From an uncultured Acidobacteriota bacterium (lineage in GTDB: Bacteria; Acidobacteriota; Vicinamibacteria; Vicinamibacterales; Fen-181), in assembly GCA_963813585.1 (NCBI GenBank), contig CAWEZL010000001.1, positions 118,056-182,055 on the forward strand: a stretch of DNA of 64,000 nucleotides, in the 5' to 3' direction. The translations under genes were made by a program, and so were the position numbers. Every line of letters begins with the position of its first letter. The stretch's first letter is position 1. The notes under the pieces are model-generated. The model had not been told where the DNA came from and searched no databases. It was given only the letters and a program-made list of their open reading frames with translations. Below, piece by piece: positions 1 through 7,743 of this stretch.

Positions 1-605
1 CAGCGGAGGTCACCGGGGGAACCGTCACGCCGCACGGTGGCCGCGGCCCCGGCGGCATGGGTCCCTCGTTCCGCTGGGCGACAACCAGGACCGAGCCCAC
101 CGCCGGGGCGCTCGCAGGCCAGTTCACGGTGCTGGGGCGCGTCGCGCAGTCCCTGGCCGACCGGACCGGCGTGACGCTGCAATACACCCGCCGCTCGAGT
201 TTCGGCGATCTCCCGTCCGTGATCGTCACGACACCGGCCCTCTTCTTCGAGGACGGCATCTACGACGACCCCTTCGCCAGCCGGGCTCATGTCGTTCGGG
301 CCACGGCCAAGCACGTGCGCCCCGGGGGCCTCGAGATGGAGTTGGCGGGGGCGTGGATGGACAAGGACTACCGCGGGGCGCGGGCGCTCGATCTCGACGG
401 GATCGATCGGCCGTTGAGCCCGCTGAGGGAGGACCGGATCTGGCGCTCGGGCGCGAGCCTCTCGATCCCGCTGGCGCCACGGAAGACCGGCCCGCTGCGG
501 CTCTCGCTCGACGTGGACTACTGGTTCACGCGCCACCGATCGAACGATCTCTTCTACAACTACCGGTCGCACAGCGGGGGGCTCGGTTTCACCGTGACGT
601 ACTGA
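1..605 (+). CDS. C-terminal fragment of a hypothetical outer-membrane beta-barrel-like protein (open at window start)
   Basis: ORF is open to position 3 with no upstream stop. Ends ...HSGGLGFTVTY*, an aromatic C-terminus typical of OM beta-barrels. Alternating hydrophobic pattern. No recognisable family. Confidence 0.35.
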   Translation, partial: AEVTGGTVTPHGGRGPGGMGPSFRWATTRTEPTAGALAGQFTVLGRVAQSLADRTGVTLQYTRRSSFGDLPSVIVTTPALFFEDGIYDDPFASRAHVVRATAKHVRPGGLEMELAGAWMDKDYRGARALDLDGIDRPLSPLREDRIWRSGASLSIPLAPRKTGPLRLSLDVDYWFTRHRSNDLFYNYRSHSGGLGFTVTY

Positions 606-876
606 GCACCCTCATCCACCCCTTCTCGCGCAGGACCAGCTCGGCCCCGGGGCCGGCCTGCGCGAACGCCTCGTCCACCGCCTGCGCCACGTCGGGGCCG
701 ATGATCGCGTCGGTCCAGGTGTCGGCCAGGTAGGCGCGCATCGACGGCAGGTCGGGCGCGTGGTGGCGGAAGGTGAAGGGGTGTTCGGCAGCCAGCGTGA
801 GGACTTCCAGGGCCAGCGCCTCCTTCAGCGCCGCCTCGGCCTGGCCGTACTCGATCCCGTCATCCGTCTCACGCAT
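589..876 (-). CDS. hypothetical protein (95 aa)
   Basis: ORF MRETDDGIEYGQAEAALKEALALEVL... with non-low-complexity composition. No family recognised. Its 3' end overlaps the methyltransferase remnant. Confidence 0.3.
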   Translation of the reverse strand: MRETDDGIEYGQAEAALKEALALEVLTLAAEHPFTFRHHAPDLPSMRAYLADTWTDAIIGPDVAQAVDEAFAQAGPGAELVLREKGWMRVLSTSR

Positions 877-1330
877 GATGCCGCAGAACCTGGGAGCGGA
901 GTCCTTCGGGCGACACGATGAGGAACTCGGCCTTCTCGTCGAGGGCGCGGATGTCGATCACCTGCCCGCCGGGCGCGAGCCAGCCCGGCCGCGCGTCGCA
1001 GGGCATGGACCATGCCCTCGTGGCTCACTCATCACAACGACCACGAGAGGATGACCACGTCGAAGGGGCCATCGTCTCGTGGAGGGTCGTCGAGGATGGA
1101 CGCCTGGCGGTACTTCACGCGGTTCGGCGGCACGCCGCCTGCGGCGAGCGCCGCCTCGATGCGGCCCGCGTCGCGGTCGATGGCGACGACCGAGCCCGCG
1201 TCACCGGCATAGAGCCGGGTCAACCGCCCGCTGCCGCAGCCGACCTCCAGCACCCGCCCGGCCGGAAGCCTGGTGGCGGCCCGCAGCAGCAGGTCGATCT
1301 CCTCGCGTTCGGGATCGACGTGAACGCGCA
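871..1330 (-). pseudogene. class I SAM-dependent methyltransferase, disrupted (tandem in-frame TGA TGA plus a +1 frameshift)
   Basis: Motif I VLEVGCGSG and motif II DVVILSWSL are followed directly by TGA TGA. The sequence then continues as VSHEGMVHALRRAAG. A 1-nt shift near ~970 leads to LAPGGQVIDIRAL, the typical RvLkPGG post-motif. The three pieces lie in two frames. Confidence 0.55.
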
Positions 1331-1795
1331 TCAGTCCAGGTCCCTCAGCTCGTCGTCCAGGCGCTGCTCGTAATCGCCCGCGACCGTGCCGCCGACGGCG
1401 GCCGCCGGCTGGGGGGATTCCACCGCCCGCTTCGCGCTCATCCGGCGTACCAGCCAGGTCAGGCCGACGCCGCTGAAGGCGAAGACGACCCAGGGCAGCA
1501 CGTAGAGGAATCGGGTGAAGCCGACGGCCGGGGGCTCGGCAAGGATCCTGTTGCCGTAGCGGGCGGCGAAGTCGTCGAGGACTTCCTGGCGGGAGCGGCC
1601 GGCGGCCAGCAGCACTCGCACCTCGCGCTTCACCTGGTCCGAGGCGGGCGACTGGTGCTCGGACACCTGCTGGTTCCAGCAGCACGGCGCGATCAGCATC
1701 GTCTCGATCTGCCGTGCCTCGCGTTCGAGCGCCGGGCCGGAGGGTGGCGGCGCCGCGGTCAGCAGCGCCACCACCAGGAGGTTGGACCAGCTCAT
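1331..1795 (-). CDS. CcmH/NrfF-like cytochrome c biogenesis protein (atypical APCCW in place of LRCxxCQ)
   Basis: Signal peptide, then LIAPCCWNQQVSEHQSPASDQVKREVRVLLAAGRSRQEVLDDFAARYGNRIL and a C-terminal TM segment (FLYVLPWVVFAFSGVGLTWLVRR). This matches CcmH family architecture apart from the Cys spacing. Confidence 0.6.
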   Translation of the reverse strand: MSWSNLLVVALLTAAPPPSGPALEREARQIETMLIAPCCWNQQVSEHQSPASDQVKREVRVLLAAGRSRQEVLDDFAARYGNRILAEPPAVGFTRFLYVLPWVVFAFSGVGLTWLVRRMSAKRAVESPQPAAAVGGTVAGDYEQRLDDELRDLD

Positions 1796-1855
1796 TCAAT
1801 CGCCTTGCGCTCTTCGACTTCGCTCAGGCGTCCCGAGCGGAGTCGAGGGGGTTCG

Positions 1856-2425
1856 TCACCGCGCCGGGCCGCGCCCGGGCCCGGGACGACGGCCACCCTG
1901 CCACGCGGACGTCAACTGCCGGTCGATCCGCGCGTCCATGAGCGTCATCATGGCTTCGGCCTCTTTCGCGGTCAAGCGACCGGCGGCCACCGCTTCGTCG
2001 AGCCGCGCCTTCCGCGCGGTCAGCGCCGCCTGCTTCACGTCGGCCTCCGACTTGCCGGCGGCCTCGGCGATCTGTGCGAACGTCTTGCCCTCGCCGAGCG
2101 ACTTGACCACCGCCGCCCGCTCCTGCCCCGTCACCTGCGCCGTCACGTCCACCAGCGACTGGCCGCCGCGGCCGAACGCCATGCCGGCGCCGTCGCGCAT
2201 CCCGCGGCCGCGCATCCCGGGCCCGCGCATCCCGGGCCCGCGGCGCCTCTGCCCGGTCCCGGCGTGATCGCACACGCCGTCGCCGTCTGCGTCCACGAAG
2301 TGCGGGCACGCCGCCGTCTGCCCCGACTGCGGTCGCACCTGCTGCCCCTGCTTCTGCTGCGCCTGCGCATAGCCGGCTGCCGCGAGGCCGACTACGGCGA
2401 TTCCCACCAGGATGGCCTGCTTCAT
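1856..2425 (-). CDS. secreted/periplasmic Met- and Gly-rich protein, putative metal-binding partner of the downstream sigma54 two-component system (ZraP/CpxP-like position)
   Basis: AGGAGG RBS 8 nt upstream of ATG(MKQAILVGIAVVGLAAAGYAQA). Cleavable signal peptide. CPHFVDADGDGVCDH and GPGMRGPGMRGRGMRDGAGM repeats. Lies immediately downstream of the NtrC-type regulator on the same strand. Confidence 0.7.
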   Translation of the reverse strand: MKQAILVGIAVVGLAAAGYAQAQQKQGQQVRPQSGQTAACPHFVDADGDGVCDHAGTGQRRRGPGMRGPGMRGRGMRDGAGMAFGRGGQSLVDVTAQVTGQERAAVVKSLGEGKTFAQIAEAAGKSEADVKQAALTARKARLDEAVAAGRLTAKEAEAMMTLMDARIDRQLTSAWQGGRRPGPGRGPAR

Positions 2426-2464
2426 CGTCTGTTCCTCCTGAGTCGTCACGGTCTCCCCGTGACA

Positions 2465-2495
2465 CCCGAGGCAGGGTCAAGGTCGGTGCCAAACG
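2465..2495 (-). promoter_or_regulatory. candidate sigma54 (-24/-12) promoter for the Met-rich protein gene
   Basis: Minus-strand sequence TTGGCACcgaccTTGAC ~40-60 nt upstream of the start codon, with GG at -24 but TTGA rather than TTGC at -12. It is located directly after a sigma54 activator gene. An adjacent inverted repeat GTCACGGggagaCCGTGAC is present. Confidence 0.3.
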
Positions 2496-2512
2496 TCGCT
2501 GCGCGGACGTGC

Positions 2513-4033
2513 TCAGATAACGGCCGGAATCCGCTCGATCCCGCGCACGGCTCGTCTCCCGCCCACACGCGCGGCCGACCAGGAGGTCGAGAGATTCGAC
2601 CAAGTGGTCGAACCGCCCGCCCGCAGGGACGCCGGCCAATACTCGGCCGGCACGGACACCGGCCCTATCTGGCTGTCAGATGTCAGCTTGTACTTCTTCA
2701 ACTTGTAGCGAAGGTGCCGCTCGCTCATGCCCAAATCGCGGGCAGCCCGAGTCTGCACTCCCCCGGCCCGCTCGAGCGCCTCCACGATCAGCGACCGCTC
2801 GAACTCGGACACGCGCTCCACGAAGGTCGTGGCGGTCGAGGTCCCTCCCGCCGCGCCGGGCCGCGCCAGGTTCACCGGCAAATCGGCCGCCGTGATCGTG
2901 CTGCCGCGGGAGAGCACGACGGCGCGGTGCACCAGGTTCTCCAGCTCGCGGACGTTCCCCGGGTAGTGGTACTTCAACAGCAGGTCCATCGCCTCGCGCG
3001 ACACCTCCTTGCGGGGCGCCTGGTTCTCCTCGGCGAAGCGCTTCAGGAAGTGCTCGGCGAGCGCCGGGATGTCCTCGCGCCGCTCGCGCAGGGGCGGCAT
3101 CTCGACCGGCACGACGTTCAACCGGTAGTACAGGTCGTCGCGGAACTCGCCCCTGGCGACCATCCCCTCCAGGTCGCGGTTCGTGGCCGCGAGGACGCGG
3201 ACGTCGACGCGGAGCGTGCGCGTGCCCCCGAGCCGCTCGAACGCCTGCTCCTGCAGCACCCGCAGCAGCTTCACCTGCGTGCCCCTGGGCAGGTCGCCAA
3301 TCTCGTCGAGGAACAGCGATCCGCCGTCGGCCAGCTCGAAGCGTCCCCGGTGCTCGCGGTCGGCGCCGGTGAAGGCACCCCGCTCGTGGCCGAACAGCTC
3401 CGACTCGAGCAGCGTGTCGGGCAGCGCCGCGACGTTCACGGCCACCAGCGGCCCCTTCGCCCTGGGGCTGGCGTAGTGGATGGCCCGGGCCAGCAGCTCC
3501 TTGCCCGTGCCGCTCTCGCCGCGGATCAGGATGGTGGCCCGGCTCGCGGCCGCGCGCGCGGCGGTGTTGATCGCCTCGGCCATCCGGGCGTTCGCGGTCT
3601 CGAGGCCCGCCAGGCGGTGTCGCGACTCGAGCTGCCGCTTCAGCTCGCGGTTCTCCGCGACCAGCGCGCGGCGCTCGAGCGTCCGCGCGATCAGCACGTC
3701 CAGCTCGTCGAGGTCGATCGGCTTGGTCAGGTAATCGGCCGCGCCGCGCTTCATCGCGTCCACGGCGCTCGCCACCGTCCCGAAGGCGGTCATGACGACG
3801 ACCGGGACCTCGGGGTTGATGCGCCGGGCGCCCTCGAGCAGGTCGATCCCGCTCGCGCCCGGCATGCGCAGGTCCGTGAGGATCAGGTCGATCGTCCGCG
3901 CGCTCAGCTCCGCGAGCGCGTCCTCGACCGTGCCCGCCTGCACGACCTCGAACCCCCGCTTCCGGAGGAAGCCAGCCAGCACCGTCCGCTGCGCCGGCTC
4001 GTCGTCCACCATCAGGATCACCTGGTCAGGCAT
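2513..4033 (-). CDS. sigma54-dependent response regulator (NtrC/ZraR family: REC + AAA+ sigma54-interaction + Fis-type HTH)
   Basis: [13 protein letters not shown]... REC domain. [15 protein letters not shown] Walker [16 protein letters not shown] (GAFTGA motif). C-terminal HTH ...[19 protein letters not shown] plus a ~55 aa tail. The start overlaps the kinase stop. Confidence 0.9.
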   Translation of the reverse strand: MPDQVILMVDDEPAQRTVLAGFLRKRGFEVVQAGTVEDALAELSARTIDLILTDLRMPGASGIDLLEGARRINPEVPVVVMTAFGTVASAVDAMKRGAADYLTKPIDLDELDVLIARTLERRALVAENRELKRQLESRHRLAGLETANARMAEAINTAARAAASRATILIRGESGTGKELLARAIHYASPRAKGPLVAVNVAALPDTLLESELFGHERGAFTGADREHRGRFELADGGSLFLDEIGDLPRGTQVKLLRVLQEQAFERLGGTRTLRVDVRVLAATNRDLEGMVARGEFRDDLYYRLNVVPVEMPPLRERREDIPALAEHFLKRFAEENQAPRKEVSREAMDLLLKYHYPGNVRELENLVHRAVVLSRGSTITAADLPVNLARPGAAGGTSTATTFVERVSEFERSLIVEALERAGGVQTRAARDLGMSERHLRYKLKKYKLTSDSQIGPVSVPAEYWPASLRAGGSTTWSNLSTSWSAARVGGRRAVRGIERIPAVI

Positions 4034-5834
4034 CGGTCCCCCCGTCCACGTCCGCCGGCAGCCGGACCGTCATCGTGGTGCCGGCGCCCGGGGCCGATTC
4101 GACCTCGATGGTCCCGCCGTGCGCCGCCACGATCTGCTGCGTCACCGCGAGGCCAACGCCGGTGCCCTCGGGCTTGGTCGTGAAGTACAGGTCGAAGATC
4201 TTCGGCAGGTCGCCGGGCACGATGCCGCTGCCGGTGTCGCGCACCTCGATGGTGTGCCCCTTCGACCCGCTGCGGGCGGTCACCTGAACGCGGCCACCGG
4301 ACGGTGTGGCCTCGATCGCGTTGCGCACCAGGTTGTCGATGGCCTGCCGCAGCTGCCGCGCGTCGATCACGGCTTGTCGCGCGCCGGCGGTGTCGGCGTC
4401 GATCGACACCTCGTGGGCGCCCGCCATCGGCCGGGCGGCCTCCACGAGCCCCCGGATCTCGGCGCCGAGGTCGGTGGCGGCCGGTGCGAGGCGGGGCGGG
4501 CGCGCGAAGGCGAGGAACTGCTGGACGATCTCGTTGATGCGCCCGGTCTCGCCCTCCATGACCGCGAGCAGCTCGGCGGCCTCGACGCGGTCGGCCTCCG
4601 AGGCGGCGGCGGGGGTGAACTCGCGCCGGAGCCGCTGCGCGCTCATCGCGATGGCGTTGAGCGGGTTCCGCACTTCGTGCGCGACGGTCGACGCCAGCTC
4701 GCCCATCGCGCTCAGCCGGTCGCGCCGGCGGAGGGCCGCCTCCGCCCGCGCGTGCTTCTCGGTGAGCGTGCTGTACGCCTGGCGCAGCCAGATCGCGCCG
4801 AGCGCGAGGACCGACAGCAACAGGGCCGCGCCGAGCGACACGGCCATGCGCGTCATCATGCGGCGCTCGGCCGAGCGCACCTCGTCCATGCGCAGCCCGA
4901 GGCGCAGCACGCCGATCTGGCCCTGCCCGAGATCGAGCGGGGAGGACAGCTCGAGCACCGGCCGCCCCGCCACCTCGCGCTCGAGCTCCTCGACGGCCGC
5001 CGGGATCCCCGCCTCTCCGGTCGGCGGCCCCGGCAGCCCTTCCGGCAGCTGGCCGTGGGCGTGACGCACGCCGTCGCGATCCACGACCACGTAGGCGAGC
5101 TGCGGGGTGGTGGCGGCGATCGACTCGATCAGGCGGTCGAGCGACACCTGGCGGAGCAGGCTCTCGATCTCCGTCGCGTCCGCGTTGACGAGGATCGCTC
5201 CGCCGTTGGCGCGGCGGACCCCGGCGGCCACGCGCGAACCCCGCCGGCCGCCGGGGCGAAGCTCGCCGACGACTTCGCGCTCGCGGCCCGAGAGGATCGG
5301 CTCGATGAAGGTGCCGCCCGGACCGAGGCCCATCCCTGCCCCCTGCCCCATGCCCGGCCCGGGCCCCATGCCCGCGCCGGGTTCGATGCCCGCGCCCGGT
5401 TCGATGACGGCGCCCGGCTTCTGGCGTCGGCCAGCCGGCTGGCGCCTCCGCCCCATCGCGCCGGCGCGGCCCGCCTCGCGGCCCCCCTCGCGCGACCCGT
5501 CCGGGCCGAACACCACCACCCGGAACAGCTTGTTCCGTTCGGCCGTCTCGGCCAGGAACTCGCCCGTGAGGCTTCCCTTTCGATCGAGCTCGGCGAGCAG
5601 GCGGGCGTTGTCGAGCAGGCGCTCGGTTACCTGCGCCGAGGCGATGGTGCCGGCGGCCTCGTTCGACCGAGCGGCGGCGGCCACCGTCTGGCGCAGCGCG
5701 GCGCCCTGGCCGCGCAGCAACCCCAGGAGCTCGCGGCGCGTGGCGCTGGAGTCGAACCAGCCGACAAACACCAGGCCGGCCGCCGCGAGCAGCGTCGCCA
5801 CGACGATCCGCGCGGTGCTCAGGCTGTATGTCAT
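4026..5834 (-). CDS. sensor histidine kinase with periplasmic sensor domain containing Met/Gly-rich repeats
   Basis: ATG at 5834 (MTYSLSTARIVVATLLAAAGLVFVGWF, TM1). Periplasmic region contains GAGIEPGAGMGPGPGMGQGAGMGLGPGG. TM2. HisKA (STVAHEVRNPLNAI) and HATPase_c (GTGVGLAV...HGGTIEV). The longer ORF 4026..6296 is a fusion artefact with the upstream pepF remnant. Confidence 0.85.
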   Translation of the reverse strand: MTYSLSTARIVVATLLAAAGLVFVGWFDSSATRRELLGLLRGQGAALRQTVAAAARSNEAAGTIASAQVTERLLDNARLLAELDRKGSLTGEFLAETAERNKLFRVVVFGPDGSREGGREAGRAGAMGRRRQPAGRRQKPGAVIEPGAGIEPGAGMGPGPGMGQGAGMGLGPGGTFIEPILSGREREVVGELRPGGRRGSRVAAGVRRANGGAILVNADATEIESLLRQVSLDRLIESIAATTPQLAYVVVDRDGVRHAHGQLPEGLPGPPTGEAGIPAAVEELEREVAGRPVLELSSPLDLGQGQIGVLRLGLRMDEVRSAERRMMTRMAVSLGAALLLSVLALGAIWLRQAYSTLTEKHARAEAALRRRDRLSAMGELASTVAHEVRNPLNAIAMSAQRLRREFTPAAASEADRVEAAELLAVMEGETGRINEIVQQFLAFARPPRLAPAATDLGAEIRGLVEAARPMAGAHEVSIDADTAGARQAVIDARQLRQAIDNLVRNAIEATPSGGRVQVTARSGSKGHTIEVRDTGSGIVPGDLPKIFDLYFTTKPEGTGVGLAVTQQIVAAHGGTIEVESAPGAGTTMTVRLPADVDGGTDA

Positions 5835-5893
5835 GGTCGTGTCCGCCGGCACGGAGGCCGGCGCTACTGCTACGGAGGCCGACGCTGCCGGCG

Positions 5894-7705
5894 CTACTGG
5901 AGCAGCGTCTCCATCTCGTCCATCACCCGGTTCATCTTCTTCATCGTCAGCTCCAGCGGCTCGCGCGTCGTCATGTCGACGCCGGCGCGCTTCAGGAGGT
6001 CGATCGGGTACTCCGACCCGCCCGCCGAGAGGAACGTCGAGGTACTTGCGGTGGTGTCGCGTGTCGCCCGCGAGGACCCGCTCGGACAGCGCCGCCGACG
6101 CGGTGAACGACGTGGCGTACTGGTAGACGTAGAACGCGCGGTAGAAGTGCGGGATGAAGGCCCACTCGTGCGCGACGTAGTCGTCGACGACGCAGACGCC
6201 CGCGTCGTGCCCGTAGTACCGCTTCGTGATGTCGGCGTAGAGCGCCGACAGCGCGTCGCCGGTGATCGGCTCGCCCTTCTCGGCCATCTCGTGCACCCGC
6301 AGCTCGAACTCGGCGAACTGCGTCTGGCGGAAGACGGTGCCCTTGATGTTCTCGAGGTAGTTGCCGAGGAGCGACAGCCGCGCGTCGTCGTCGGTGATCG
6401 CTGCCGAGCACGTGGTCGATGAGCAGCGCCTCGTTGAAGGTCGAGGCGACCTCGGCGACGAAGATCGGGTAGTCGGCCGTCGGGTAGGGCTGCGTCCTGT
6501 TCGAGCAGGTAGCTGTGCATCGTGTGGCCGAGCTCGTGCGCCAGGGTGCTCACGTCCTCGTACTTGCCGTTGTAGTTGATCAGCATGTACGGGTGCACGT
6601 CGTAGCGCCGACGTTCGAGTAGGCGCCGGACCGCTTGCCCGGGTTGGGATACAGGTCGATCCAGCGCTCGTCGAACGACCGCTCCAGGACCGACGGTGTA
6701 GTCGCGCGCCGAGCGGCGCCAGCGACTCGACGATCTCGCGCTGCGCCTGCTCGATCGGGTAGTCGAGGTCGACCGAGCCGACGAGCGGCGCGTAGAGGTC
6801 GTAGTAGTGCAGCTCGTCGACGCCCGATCATCCGCTTGCGCAGGCGCAGGTAGCGGTGGAAGGTCGCCAGGTTCGCGTTCACGCCGTCGATCAGGCTCTT
6901 GTAGACGCGCGATCGGGATGTTGTGCTCGTCGAGCGCGGCCTCGAGCGCCGAGCCGTACTTGCGCGCCTTCACGTAGAAGAGGTCTCTCTGCACGCTCGC
7001 GTTCATCGTCGCGCCGAAGGTGCGGCGGTAGTCGCCGAGCGCGCCGAAGAACGACGACATCACCAGGTGGCGGTCGTCGCGGTTCGGGAGCGCGCGGTAC
7101 AGGGTGAAGGCCGACGAGTTCAGCGTGACGCTCCTGCCGTCGCTGAGCGTGACCGCCGGGTAGGGGAAGTCGGCGTCCGCCAAGATCCCGTAGATGTCCG
7201 AGGGCGTGGACGCCAGCACGCCGGCCTGCGCGATCAGCCGCTCCTCGGCCTCGGTGCCGGTGTGCGGCTGGCGGCGCAGGATGTCGTCCAGGAAGTGGTC
7301 GTACGGCGCAAGGCCCGGGCGCTCGCGGACGAACGCCTCGATCCGCGCCCGGTCCATCTTCAGGATCTCCGGCTCGACGAAGGCGGCCTCGGCGGCGAAC
7401 GCGGCGGCCAGGCGCGTCATCTCCTGCGTCATCGCCTGCCCCTTCGACTCGCGCGTGTCCTCGTCGGAGAGCTGGCTGGCGTAGGCGTAGAGCCGGCTCA
7501 GCTCGCGGCTCATCGACGACATCGTCTCGAGGGCTTCCTCGAGGCGCTCCGCCGACTCGCCGAGCGCGCCCTCGAACCTCCTGACCTGCGGCAGCCGCGC
7601 CTCCAGCCGCTCGCGAGCCTGCCGCCAGGCGGCCTCGCTCGGGTAGAGGTCGGTCAAGTCCCACTTGAACTGGTCGGGAACGTCCTTTCGCTCGCGCTCC
7701 TGCAC
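5894..7705 (-). pseudogene. pepF: oligoendopeptidase F (M3B family), heavily frameshifted
   Basis: AAGGAG RBS + GTG start (VQERERKDVPDQFKWDL). PepF segments are found in all three minus frames: ...ALDEHNIPIA | VYKSLIDGVNANLATFHRYLRLRKRMIG | VDELHYYDLYAPLVGSVDLDYPIEQAQREIVESLAPLGA | DYT | SVLERSFDERWIDLYPNPGKRSGAYSNVGA | YDVHPYMLINYNGKYEDVSTLAHELGHTMHSYL (HEXXH) | SNRTQPYPTADYPIFVAEVASTFNEALLIDHVLGS | ITDDDARLSLLGN... | HEMAEKGEPITGD...IPHFYRAFYVYQYATSF... | FLSAGGSEYPIDLLKRAGVDMTT...METLLQ*. At least 8 single-nt indels. Confidence 0.7.
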
Positions 7706-7743
7706 GGGGGGTGCTCCTTGGTCGTTCGGGCCGTCCAAACAGA

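Noticed and set aside
1032-1799. 255-aa ORF spanning the CcmH-like gene and methyltransferase
   Set aside because: Its 5' two-thirds is a low-complexity out-of-frame read across the CcmH-like gene. Only the 3' ~100 codons (the methyltransferase N-terminus) are real.
1079-4183. 1034-aa plus-strand ORF (and similar giants 3792..6422 +, 21505..25995 +, 22490..26011 -, 45446..48973 -, 31384..32841 -, 32849..34612 +)
   Set aside because: Arg/Pro/Gly/Ala-rich low-complexity translations lying antisense to, or frame-shifted against, clearly conserved genes. These are typical shadow ORFs of high-GC DNA.
5894-7705. Programmed ribosomal frameshifting as an explanation for the pepF frame changes
   Set aside because: Eight or more shifts of both signs, without slippery heptamers or downstream structures, are incompatible with programmed frameshifting.
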